Assembly (NCBI GenBank): GCA_030704615.1
Contig: CM060733.1
Coordinates: forward strand, 2,294,001-2,358,000
DNA from: Takakia lepidozioides
Taxonomy: Eukaryota; Plantae; Bryophyta
Direction: 5' to 3'
DNA length: 64,000 nucleotides
Program-made: the position numbers and the translations under genes
The notes under the pieces: generated by a model
What the model was told of the DNA's origin: nothing
The model's database searches: none
Seen by the model: the letters and a program-made list of their open reading frames with translations, nothing else
Shown here: one piece after another, positions 33,952-46,400 of the stretch
Layout: every line of letters begins with the position of its first letter
How positions within the stretch are numbered: the first letter of the stretch is position 1

Positions 33952-34902
33952 GGCCGTACAAAATTTGCAAGATTGAATCACTGTCTGTAGCAAATAGAGG
34001 TGACAACAATAGAAATTCAATGGGATCCATATTAAGGAAGAAGGAAGAAGAACTACAGGGAAGAAGAACCAGAAAGAGATCCGTAATCTGTTTTGTGAAA
34101 AAGATGAGTGAAAAGTGCGGTGTGTGTGAATCTCCCAGGTGGATCTTTGAGTTGTCGGCTCTAGGCCACATCGCTCCCGTTGAAATGGGTGCCAACTAGG
34201 AATGTCCACCGTGAAACGCAGGTTGTGTGGTCGCGGCAGCGCCACCGTCAACCGACGCACGTCCTGCCAACGCTATTTGCGTCCAGTGTGGCCCTGCTAT
34301 GAGGATCCGCGTGCAGACATCCTTTTGGATATACATATGATAACACTCGGGCCTGGAAGATGATCAACCTACTCTATTCAGACTTTCCGATTCGAGGGTT
34401 TTTTTAGTGTCTCTGCCGTTTCTTCTTGCATGCGGACGGTGTTGAGGTTTTTGATGACCACGATGAGAGCATTGCGCTCCGCGATTATTTCCTTGGAGGT
34501 GGCAGGCAGACCCGACATACTTGTGTATTGCTCCTTTGGTTTGATTATTGTGTTTTCGATAGTGACCCCAATGGCCAAACAATGTCGTCGTGTGTCCTCT
34601 GTCATTAAATATATGAAGGCAAATTTAGTGGCAGCTTTTGCTTTTTGCTACGTGCCGGAGCTTGAATTTGAAGTAAGCTTCGACGACAAAGTGGGTGGTG
34701 AACTCGTGTATGCCCCAAGTAGCCTTGCAGTGCACCACTGATTACGTGCAGATTAAAGTAGTCACATGCGGCTGCAATGACGCAATTTTTTTCAACATGG
34801 CCGATGACTTGTTTTCCCGCAGAGAGGTCTATTGTGAAAACTCTTTCTCCAGGCAAAACAGTGAGTCCGTCTCGTTCTAGGTTTTGTAGCTCTACTTTGA
34901 GC

Positions 34903-35156
34903 GACATGACAACGGATGATGTGGCAATATGTTTCTGAAAATGATGACATGGCTGACTATGAAGTGGCGACAATGACGTGGTGAGATGACATGACAACGG
35001 ATGATGTGGCAGTATGTTTTTGAAAATGATGACATGGCTGACTATGAGGTGGCGACAATGACGTGGCGGAAATGACATGACAACGGATGATGTGGCAATA
35101 TGTTTTTGAAAATAATGACATGGCTGACTATGAGGTGGCAACAGATGATGTGGCAT
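34903..35156 (-). repeat. ~86-bp minisatellite (3 units), inverted relative to 8747-9000
   Basis: Reverse complement of the 8747-9000 unit; period 85-86. Confidence 0.85.
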
Positions 35157-36566
35157 TATGGCACCCTAATATTGCTCTACACTAAAACTAGTCTCCAAAC
35201 CTCAGTCGTCACTATAACTAGTCTCCGACTCAATAGTCACTAGATTATAGAATATGTGACCGATGTGTGCAAATTTACATGGCGAGTTTCAGTGTATAGC
35301 CTGGTAGGTACTCTTTGTTGTTTCTAACGATGGCAACACGAAGACACTCGAGAAGGGTGGTGCGGTGTGTACAAAAGTAAAGTACGACGCCTCCCAAGGA
35401 GGCGTAAGTTATGGTGTCTCTTACCGTTGCTACAAATTAGTAGAGTTTTAAATATATCTTCGATGATGCTTGAGAGGAAACCCAAGAGAGAAAATATTAT
35501 ATCGTGATATGGTAAAGCGTCCTAATATTGCGCAGTTCTCAACAATGTTCCCAATACTGCGCACCTGATTGCGCAGTTTAGATGAATTTTATACGTTATC
35601 ATCCAGCACATTCCATCCACATTCTACCTGTCACTTCCATGCATTCATCCACGCGCTTCCTGCCCTTGTTGCTTCCCGTCTCTGCTCAGACCATGAGATT
35701 GGCCATGGCCATGTCGTGAACTCCATCGACCTGGCAAAGCAATTACATAGAAGGTCGCCAAGGAGCAATCCGACATATAGAAGCTCACATTCTATATCTG
35801 CAGCCTCACATTCTTTTTGGGACAAACGAATCCAGGTACTTCTTCCCTTTCCCCCTTTTCTGCCCTTGAGATATAGTCTGTGGCTGCAAGGAGAGCTAGG
35901 GCATAAGGTCTAATGTCTACATTCGACATTCTAAATTCGACATTCGACATTCTAAGGTCCAATGTCTACATGTCTATGGTTCTTCACCTTCATTCTGGGG
36001 TTCGGAATCTCAAGGATTCTGTCTTCTTCTTTGCTCCTCTCCTCCCTATGTCTCTCTCATCTATGACAAATGGGATATTTGCTTTGAAAGGCTACTGGAT
36101 CTGTAACCTGTGTATAGACCTTCTCTCTGGTGACAAAACAATCCCACATTTGTGCCATGCTCATAGAGTATTTCGAGGCGTTCAGTGTCAGTAGATTTCC
36201 CCTACAAATATGGTCCAGATTAGGGATTAACGTAAGAAGAGTCACGTTTACATTGCACCTTAGACTACCACCCGTACATTGAAACAAACATAGGTTTACT
36301 TATCTTAGTAATGGAGTAATTTCAAGAGGTATGCTTGGGAGGATCTGGTTGGGGAAACACCTATGAACAGGATGAAAGTGTCCTACAAAATTGACGTGGC
36401 CACAATATCTCTTCAGATGGACTCATTCCTGACATTGGTCCCCTCAACGGAGTGTGGCAGTGTAGCATGGCCTATCCACCAATTATCCTGAACTACAACA
36501 ATTCATGAATGTCTTTGTTGGAGATCAAAATGTATGCAAATTTGAGAGTTTCTCCATATTTGCAGG

Positions 36567-36686
36567 CAGGGCGGTGACTGTGGGAAATCAATTTATGGGA
36601 AGAGATTCCATGATGAGAATTTCAAGCTTCTGCACAAAGGCAAGGGAGTGCTCTCAATGGCCAACACGGAGCCCCATACAAATGAT
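36567..36686 (+). pseudogene. Cyclophilin gene fragment
   Basis: [39 protein letters not shown] matches cyclophilin GGxSIYGxxFxDENF..H...G.LSMAN.GPxTN, with an internal deletion. Confidence 0.85.
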
Positions 36687-38991
36687 AAACAATGTGTTTC
36701 AATTTCAGGTCACCAAGAGCATAAACGACATTGGTGTTATGCTGGTGCATGGTTCAACAACATCAAAGAATGGCTGCATATTTCTGCTAGATCTATCAAA
36801 TTATGTACCTGTTCTTTGGCGATGAGGGAATGAGTAGGGGACGACTACGTTTAACATGATTCACTGTGTGAGAGAGATTCTGGATCTGCTAACCTGGCAA
36901 ACACAGAAAATAGATAAAATGTCTTGCCTTCTCAAGAAGGATTGTGTTCTCTGGTATCTTTATCATGGCAAATGGATACATTGCTAAACAATGCCATTTT
37001 TTGAGCGAACAAGAAAATTAGTTTCAGAACCCACATTTTCTGTTTTCTATTAACTCTCAACGTAGTGTATCATATTCTCATGATTGAACCATCGTATGTT
37101 AGTGTTGTCTTTCATTTGCCACTCAGCTTTGCAGAGTTTCCGGACTTCTAAAGCAATTATTCACAAAGCTAGCCATCAGCAGAATTCCTCCTCTCTTCAT
37201 GTTTTCTATGATATGGTTACTTTTTATCTGTCATTATGGGGCTGGCCGCTCTGTCCCAGGACATTATTGCTTGGAACTAGTTGACAAAGTTAGCATATAC
37301 TGGAGACCTCAAGATATCTTCTCCAGTTACCTAATCAATGCGTCTCTAGGATGTAGTCATGGATTCCCAAGATGTCTATGGGACTTTCAATGTACCGATG
37401 CGAAGAAAGGCTGAAGAAAATGTGTCATGTCCTAATATTGCACATTTGAATGCGCGCAATCAAGTGTGCAATATTAGGGATTTTTCTACGTTTCCAGAGA
37501 TCCCATACCCACTGCATGAAAACCTGATGGGTTATTCTCAATTTTATAGATTTTACATAATGAAAAATATTATGGGTTGCCACCTGTAAAAATAAAAAGG
37601 GACCCATGTAAAAAACAAATTGAAATTCCATTAGGTTAAGCAAAATGTGAAGGTGCATGCTGAAAGTGAGCATTATTAGGACACTTTACCATAGTAGGCT
37701 CTACGATCTGCCTGCCACACGGCTGCTTCGAGTTTCCACGACGCAACGTGATCGAGAAAATCGACAATCTGCTTGGAGACCTGCTGGCTCACTTAAACAG
37801 TGACAACGTTGTGAGGCTGCAGAAAACGTCTCATTACCTTTTTGGACGTCGGTTAAACTTTACCGAATATGACACATGTTTCTGCATTCCAATTTGTCTT
37901 GAAGACCTACGCTTCAAGATTTATAAATGCGGAAGAAATTTTATCACAGTATATGTAGGGTATGAGGATTCTCCTTAAAGGGTATTGTGGTCGAGTACCT
38001 TGTATCGTCCCATTCAAGGCGGCTTCTTATTGAGATTTTATGCCAAAAGACCGAACTGGGCCATCACTTTCCAGAAATCTGCTTTCACTTCCTCCAATTT
38101 CATCCCATCCCAGCTATTCGTCTGCATGAAAACAAACACGTGACGTAAATGACGAAGTGTAGAGGAGGGACTAGCTAGATCTCCGAGTTCATTAATTCAT
38201 GTTCATGACTTGTGGCATTTCAGTCCAGATTGATATTGGGTGCTAGCCTGCTGACATATATTAGGAGGCAAAGAAAAATCTGACAGGAAAGATGTCAAGT
38301 AGTGATGTAACTTACAAGCACCGTTCTTCATATTGTTATCTTGACCTTAATATGGGTGTATGTGGAGCTTACTGGTTGACTAGTCCAATTTCGAACTTTA
38401 GTGCAAGCATCTGCATGAGAGCTCAGTAAATCCTACGCAGCATACTTACAATTTGTGTGAGCAACATTCATCATCTGACTCAAAGATGGTCTGGACAGCA
38501 TATTCAATTTTTTCTGAAAAGAGAGTAGTAGCTCCAGAACGCACTTTTAGAGTCGAGACAGAATTTCAGGTGTCAACCAAGCTGTGTTCTAACTTCCTGA
38601 GCAGTCAACTTATATTTTCAGGGTCCCAATAGCTATACAGCCAAGTATCAGACATACATTCATGCTCCCACAGGGATCCTGCATCCCCATTTCTTGTGGA
38701 GACGGTACCTAGTACCTCAACCGGCACATGTTTACCAACACAACTTCGCTCGAAAATCAGGAAGGAAAAGAACATCAACAGCTGTACAAAGATGATCGTT
38801 GGTTAAATGATTGCTGTACATAGAACAGTATGAGTCGGGTTTTTTGGAGGGCAATAATTTACACATACTGGTGACAAACCTCAACGTTCGAGACCTCAAC
38901 AAGGAAGAATCTACAATATAATCACTCACGAAATCAAATCAGGGTGTTCAAGAAAACACAGAAAGCAGGCAGTGTAACTCACTGAAATTAC

Positions 38992-41800
38992 CTGAACAAT
39001 GAGACTCCAAGCTGAAAGCTCAGGGATGATGGCTGTGATGTTGGAGTTAATGATGTCGAGACCCATTGCATCCAGGGCTTTGCTGAGCTGCAGTAGAATC
39101 CCCGGCTTCTTTTGACAGCAGATCCACACATTGTACGTTCCTTCCTCATGAAGTTTCGACACTGCCAACTGATACAAGCGACCTCATATGAAATAATTCT
39201 CCACTACTCTGTGAGGTCAATCATGTAGATGGCTTGCAGATACAGAATTTGGGAGTTTCTCAATTAGATCAGAAGGCCAACAGCAATTGGGAGAGAAATG
39301 TGGCCTCTCTTTGACTTGCATTTGGCTGCAGTGTACTGAAGATCCAGTTAACTCATCTCACTTGAGGTACTTACGAAATGGCGTCGTCAAACTCCACCTT
39401 AAAGGACATCACACAAGATAAGACTACTGTGATCAGATTTCTGAAATGATGAGATTGTCGCCCCAGGAGAGCTTACATCTTGGATGACTCCATGAAATTT
39501 AAGGTCAATTTTACACTCCTTCTGGTCTGCATCTTCCCCAAGTTCGTCATCCTGCATCATCTTACTAATCCTTTCGTCAACACTGTCATGTGCAACTGGA
39601 ACTTGAACTTCTGTGATAATCTTGGAGCACTCACTGACAGCTGCCGCTCCCTGACTCACGAATGGACCCTTCTGGCAATCCTCCATCTCCTCCTCGAGAT
39701 CTTCTACTGTTTTTTTCAGATCTCGGACGTACTCGATAGCATCTGTAAGAATTGACGCTTTGTCCATCTGCCACAAATTGCAACACATGCACTAGAACTA
39801 CTAGTCAGATAGCTCGTCTCAAGTATGGAGTTTGGCCAGCTGTAACATCTATTCAATTTGAAAATATATAGTTTAGGAAATTGATACGTTCCTGCCCAAC
39901 ACAGATATTTGATCATGAAATCTGTCATTGTCAAAATTAATGACTTAGTCCGAACTGTTCCATGTGGACGTATTCTTAGTAGTATCTCAGTGCAGCTGGA
40001 CGAGAGCTGGATAATTGAATGATATTAATGATGAAGACTTTGAGTCGAATGTTGAACTAAAGTAGTCCTAGACTGTGCATGCATGTCATTCCAAAGATTC
40101 AGATCGGTTTTCCTGATGCAATTTTACACCGGAATTTATGTAACTGGCCAAAGTGCTAGTTTTGCATAAAGTTCTACCTTGTCCAGAAGAATTTAAAGCC
40201 ACGATGATGAACGTGTCAAAGCCACATTGAGGACTCGATGCATAGCACTTCACAGTGTTCATTCTGGTAATGCTCAAAAGTACTTAGTTCTCAATGATCC
40301 ATTACTCAGATTAATGGCACTTGAAAGGTAAATACAAGTTCAAAGAAGTTCATCACTCGAGAGGAATTCGGTGGATTATCTCCACTGTACCTTAATCATT
40401 TAGTGTGGTCATACAGATCAGCTACAGCCTTCTACGGTCCGGCTGTGCACAACAAATTATAATCCAGCTCTCTCTCAAGGAACTGAACAACTTTGTAAAC
40501 ACAATACTGCTGGGCCATGTACAGTACTTTCGTGCAGTCTGCAAGCAAATATATTGACTATCATTGATAGCTGCTCAGTATTGAGATCCCACCGACTAAT
40601 TTTTTTTTATCACTTGTGATTATGCAACAAGGCAATCCATCAAAATTGCTTGAGCACAAATGATGTTGCGTTTGGAGAGATAAAGTAAGATCTCACCTTG
40701 CTGATGTTGGGAACTATGGCACGCAGGCCATAAAGGCTTTCATTGAGTCTCTTCCGCCGCTTGCGTTCTGACAAAAGGTTTTTAGATTGAGATATCCTTG
40801 GAAGTCCGGATTCCATCTCGTGCTCCTCCAGTCCATCATCAAAATTGAGAAAGTCCTCTGTTCGCATGCTTTCTATCACCTGATCACCCGCCACTATATT
40901 GCTCTGAGCACCTGTAGTGAAGTCACCGAGTACAGCATCAGGCTGCAACCTGAGCGCGGTTCCCTCTTGCAGCTCACAATCAGCTGCAAAATGCCACTGC
41001 TGCCAGACAACTTCATCGGATACTTTTTTTACACCAGATTCAAAATGACATGATTGCTTAGCCGTATGTGAATAATCATCGTGACGCTCCAACCCTACCG
41101 GATCTTGTTCCAAATGTGCCTGCCCCGTGCTTGTGCATTGAATTGGTGAGTCCTTGGCCTGCGCTTGAACTCGAAGTCGAACGTGGCACTCAGCTGCTTC
41201 CTGAGCATGCTTCGACACTTCAGTGTTGCAGGTAGTCATATACTTGGATGTTGAACAATCCAAATCATGTCGTGCTGCATTGACGGGCAGCTTATAGATG
41301 GTGTCAACTGGTAGCACACTGTTATGCTGCGTCCCAGGAACTGTCAGTCCAGCTGATTCAGTGGGCAGTTGCAAGCACTGGACCAATGGTGGTGTTACGT
41401 TGCCATTTGAGGTACAAAGTACAGGACCTGACATTGCATTAGAAACATATCCACGGATTGAACAGCTGAGCGGGGGACCCCTGAATATGGATGCCGCTGG
41501 ATCTTGCTCCTGAGAATGTGCACCTTGAACCATGGACACGTGATCCCCATTTGACATAGCATCAGAAATACACCTATCCATCGAAGAGTTGATCTGAGGA
41601 CCCACGAATCCGGAGGCCAGATCTTGCACGAAATATGCACCTTCAACCATGGACACGTGATCTCCATTTATAAGACATGGCAGATCAGGTTCAAAGCCTG
41701 TGAACCTAAGTCCTGAATGGGCTTGCATTGGACCACCCGTCAAACTTCCCAGACTTGTCAAGCTTCCCCATACGTACTGTGACACATATGCTCCTTCCAT
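38992..41800 (-). CDS. bHLH transcription factor, AMS/DYT1/ICE-like (subfamily III), with C-terminal ACT-like domain
   Basis: Exons ~41800(or 41950)-40697, 39767-39477, 39168-38992 with GT-AG ends give SKNLLSERKRRKRLNESLYGLRAIVPNISK|MDKASILTDAIEYVRDL..|..ICCQKKPGILLQLSKALDAMGLDIINSNITA. Final exon not resolved. Confidence 0.88.
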
Positions 41801-43319
41801 TATGAACAAACTAGTTTTAAGCTTCTTCTGTCTCAAGTGACAAGAACCAAATGGACGTTGGCCGTTGCCGCCAAGCTCTTGTCTAAATCTTCTCGAGATG
41901 ACTCGATTGTCGATACCCGCGCAATTCTGTGGGGCTGAGTCCCTGAACACAATCTGGTTTCATACTCCTGCTCAACGTCTGTAAGCTAGGCCGTGCCTCC
42001 AAAACAGGACACGCCGTAGATCACCTTGTCTCGTCTCCAGCTCCAGCCTCCACCTCTATCTTATTCAACGGCAAATACGTACACAATGGATGGCTGTAGA
42101 AAAACCGCTTTGGACATGACCAGAAAAGCAGGAGGGTGAGCTCTAGATTTACCTTCAAGGCCAGAAAAAGAGTCATCTTCTCTGTAGGTAGCGGGCGCAG
42201 CGCTAAGTCTGCTATTGAGCTGCTTCTCGCTCTCCTGCATGCGTTCAATCTTTCACTCGTATGCAACTGTATATGCGATATGCAGGCACGCCCATGTTGG
42301 CTATAGACTTCAGATGCCTATTAGTAACCTGCATACTTCTCTTCAAAGCCAGAAGAAGAGTCACCTTGATCTCTGTCAGGTCGGGGCTTCTTCTCGCTCT
42401 CCTCAGCTCAACCTTTCATCACTCCTCTTCAACTGTACAGGCGGCATGAAGCTTAGCCAAGATGCCTATCAATAATTTCAAGCATTGGGTGGCCGAGATG
42501 AATCGATTATCGAGGCTTGTGCAAAAGAGAAGCAACAGCTGGACCGACACCCGTCTTTAGTGCGTGTCCGTAAACCTGTCACTACACGACAAACCGCCCT
42601 TAGCTTTTCCTGTCGTCCATTCAGTCATCTCTTTTACTCTCTTACGCTTCAAATTTCCGCTTTCCCCAAGAATGATTTAGTTCCAGGATTTCGGCAATAT
42701 TGATGGTCAGGAGGGGCAGGCAATGATCCGTGCACACTCTCCCTCCACCACCCACACTCCCCTCCATTGCCTTCGTATGGCGGTGACGTTGCGTACCAAC
42801 AGTTACTGCTTTCCAGCAACAGACTACTTGAGAGACTGATCAAGATTACAAAGGGGAGTGTGGAAGACAGATGTTCTCCACCGGTCTCCACTGTCCAGAG
42901 ATGTCGTGGATACTCACTCCGCCTCTACCTATGGATAGGGTTGACCCCTACCCGTACGGGCATGAAATTACTCAAAATTGAATACTAATGATATTTTGAG
43001 ATGTTTGGATTTGTTTTCTTTTTTTTGGTTAGATTTTGTTTTAAGAATTGAAAGGGCATGAATCCCTAGTCAGTGGGGTTTTTGTTTTCATTTTTCCAAA
43101 CTAGCAGGCAGGCCACATGTGAATACCCAGTGCCCATGTGGCGAGAAGGTGGCAGGGTTAGAGAAGTGGATTTGTAGCAGGTGTTAGAAAGTTAATGAGT
43201 TGGCAAGCAACTAACTACCGCCGACCCTTGGTCTCTCACAACTAAAACCCCTGGTCTCTGATGTAACCTTATTTGGAGTTATGGCCTTCTGTTCTTTCTT
43301 TCTTTCTTTCTTTTCACTA

Positions 43320-43497
43320 TGAAGATCAGAAATGTCTGGCAGCCTACCTGCACGAGGCATTCACCCTTAGACATTCACTAGAACAATAGTTCTTATCTCT
43401 CTGACTTCCTGTTTTCTCTCATGCTTTTCTTTCCAGTTTGTCCCATAAGCTCTATGAGCTTTCCGGCGGAGTCATGAAGCACCATTTCATTTCATTT
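43320..43497 (+). mobile_element. LINE 3'-end fragment with (CATTT)n tail
   Basis: Near-copy of 58267-58445. Confidence 0.75.
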
Positions 43498-46400
43498 CTT
43501 TTTTTTCTGGAAGGGGAGGAAGCCCTATTTTTTCCTTTTTTTAAATAAATTCTAACTGGGCGTTATCATTTTGGATATCTGAATTAAAGTGCTCCATGAA
43601 ATGTGCCTCAATTTAATTAAGGTATATCATCATGTACCGTGGAATTCATTGGAGAAGATATATTAACTAGAATACACCTAAATTCTGGCCAGGCTAACTT
43701 GATCTTTTGTCGCCCACATAGGTCTGTAACTGAGGGGCACTAGCGTCGGAAATCAGGTGAAGTTTGGGTTTACAGCTTGGACCAGCCATTCTTTTAGTGG
43801 CGAATAATCGCCAGATTTCGACCTCAAAAAATAAAATCGAATAATCTGTCGCAAATCCACTGTTTTTTCACGAATGAAATCACCAAATTTCTCCAAATAC
43901 AAAATAAATTATGGATGAATTCACCAAATATGGATGATATATATGGATGATGGCACATAGGTGGATGAATTACAGTGGATGAACAGAATAAATGGCTATT
44001 TCGTGCAAAACTCTGTAGCCACTCGTGCTATTTTCCAAATTTCTTAAAAAAACACTGGTTTGGACTTGAAAATTTGCAGAACTGCAACATTCTATGTACT
44101 TCATCGCCTATCAAACTCATTTGACCCATACACCCTGTCCGTTAGAGGAAGCTACACACTGATTTGAAGAAATAACCCTGTGTAAAGGGGGTCCAAAAAA
44201 AGAGTAGGAAAGCCACATGAAGGATGGTTAAATGGAGGATGGTTCAGGCGCCAAATTGGGCTAAGCATAGCACAGGTGTCAAGTGGTGGTTTCTAGGGGT
44301 GATATGTGTGGGGTTGCAAGTGTCAAGTGGTGGTTTGGAGATGACATGTGTGGGGCAACCTTCTAGAGAGGCTCCTACCACTTGATAGGGTCACAATCGA
44401 GTATCCATGCTTAGTTTCAGATAAGCAACAAAGTAAGAATAAGAATAATGTATGGTACCAAATTGTTCCGTACATAAAATCTATGGCTCTGTGAATAGCT
44501 TCCAAGTCAACAGCATTCTTGCATTGGATACAATGTTCCCCTTGAGGAGGTTTGTCTGTTTTGGAACAGTATGTCAGAAAACACATAAACGTGAAATGCT
44601 TATGTGTCAACTTGCATGCCTCCCAACTTCAAATGACATGTGCGTGAAATGCTCTTTCGAAGTAGCTGATTGTCGATTGTCGTGCAAAACCAATAAGGAC
44701 ACATCCATCTACATGCGATTATTAGATCCATTAATTATCGCACGTCCATAGATGATTCTCAGTTATTGCAATCAGTCAAAGTCACCTTGAAAATTAGGTG
44801 TATAGTTCAAAAGATCCTTTGACATTGGATAGTGTTTTATCCTAATAAATATTTAATACATAGCGACACAAATTCAGTACCAACCAACAACACAACAACA
44901 CTTCGCTTTTTCCCATGTCTTCCGACATTAATAACCTTCTCTCCAACAAACTGTTTAACTGACTCTGACTTCCTCTGGCAATAAAGACGACAATAAAGAA
45001 ACATTCTGGCTTTCTGGCTGCTGTAGCTTTCTTCTGGAACCAAAATCTGTCTTGTTGTGTGTGCAACCCACTTCTAGAGACTAGAACAGTTTCTTCCTCA
45101 GAAGTCAGAGCCCCTGATATCAGAGCCCTTTAGCTCCACATGTTCAGGTTTCTGAGGTTATCTAGCATTCAATACTGATGACTACTGCGTGGCACAAATT
45201 GTTGTCAGCATCTCATGGTTTGATTTGGCCAATTCTAATCCGTAAGTTTGTACATACATATCATTGTGGTTCACTTGGTTCTATACTAGCAGACATGGCC
45301 AGTAGGCTCTTGCAGACCAATTGCTATGGCAGAAATTCACTATGAAAGCACTGGAACATGCCTTCAGCTTAGATTATTCAAAGCAAATTTGGCATGCAAA
45401 TCTCTTTCGGTACGTGAAATGAGATAGCATGCAGATACTCAGGTGTACTCACTCTGAATTTCAATCAATTACTCAGCAGTCAGCGGGTTCGCAGATTGAA
45501 ATGACATGGAAGGATAGACAATGATGCATGAGCGCTATTATCAACAGTCTGTCCTAGATACTCAGCCATGAAATCAAGCTGAATGAATTAATATGACAAG
45601 CTTCCTGCCATAGAGGAGCTGCAATGCCCACTTACCATATTCATTGGGAGCTGCAAGTGGCTCCACAATAGGAACATGGACGTACAACGCCATCTGGTCC
45701 ACCAGCCACACCTAATATAGAAAAGATGCTCAACAAAACTGTGGCTTCTGCTGCACATGAACTGACAGGGAACTTCGCCTACCTACTAGAAACCCCACTT
45801 AAATCACCAGTAACCATGCACTAAACTAACTAATGATCCTACATTTACAGACAAATGAAAAAACAGACACATGTTGTCCTTCAACATGTGGCAAAGATGT
45901 CCACATGAGTCTTGAGAGCAATCACTAAACGAGACAAGTTAAAATAACGGCACTGGAGAGCTTAATGGGAGCGACTTTTGCAGTTCCTCTCTGCACCCAA
46001 GGTCAGCAACCCCTTCTGATCTTAAGTCCTTTCAAGTTTCCAGACTCTCTGGTTCTCAGCTGGACAAATACATCAATTGAAAGATTACATGCACTTGACA
46101 ACAGCAGCGTTTCTATGTGCCTTGTACACTATTTCTCTCTCCCAGAACATCTTGCATTAGTACAAAATCCTGTTTTCCTGGCTCATGACTTTGACCCTTG
46201 GAGGCTGGAGCAGAAAGTTTTAGAAGCTGACATTAAAGAATAGTTCATCAAGCAATGCCCTTAGTTCAGGAGATGGTCGATTGATAGATTCGGAAATTGG
46301 ACCTAAGGTTCCGGTTCAGGATGTTATGTAGTACTTAGTTACCTCATGAACACAGAGTTCAAAGTCAAAGCAACCTCACGAAGCAGATTGACTGAATTAG

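Noticed and set aside
37230-37280. Cytochrome P450 heme-motif fragment (YGAGRSVPG)
   Set aside because: Lacks the Cys ligand in position and has no supporting flanking similarity.
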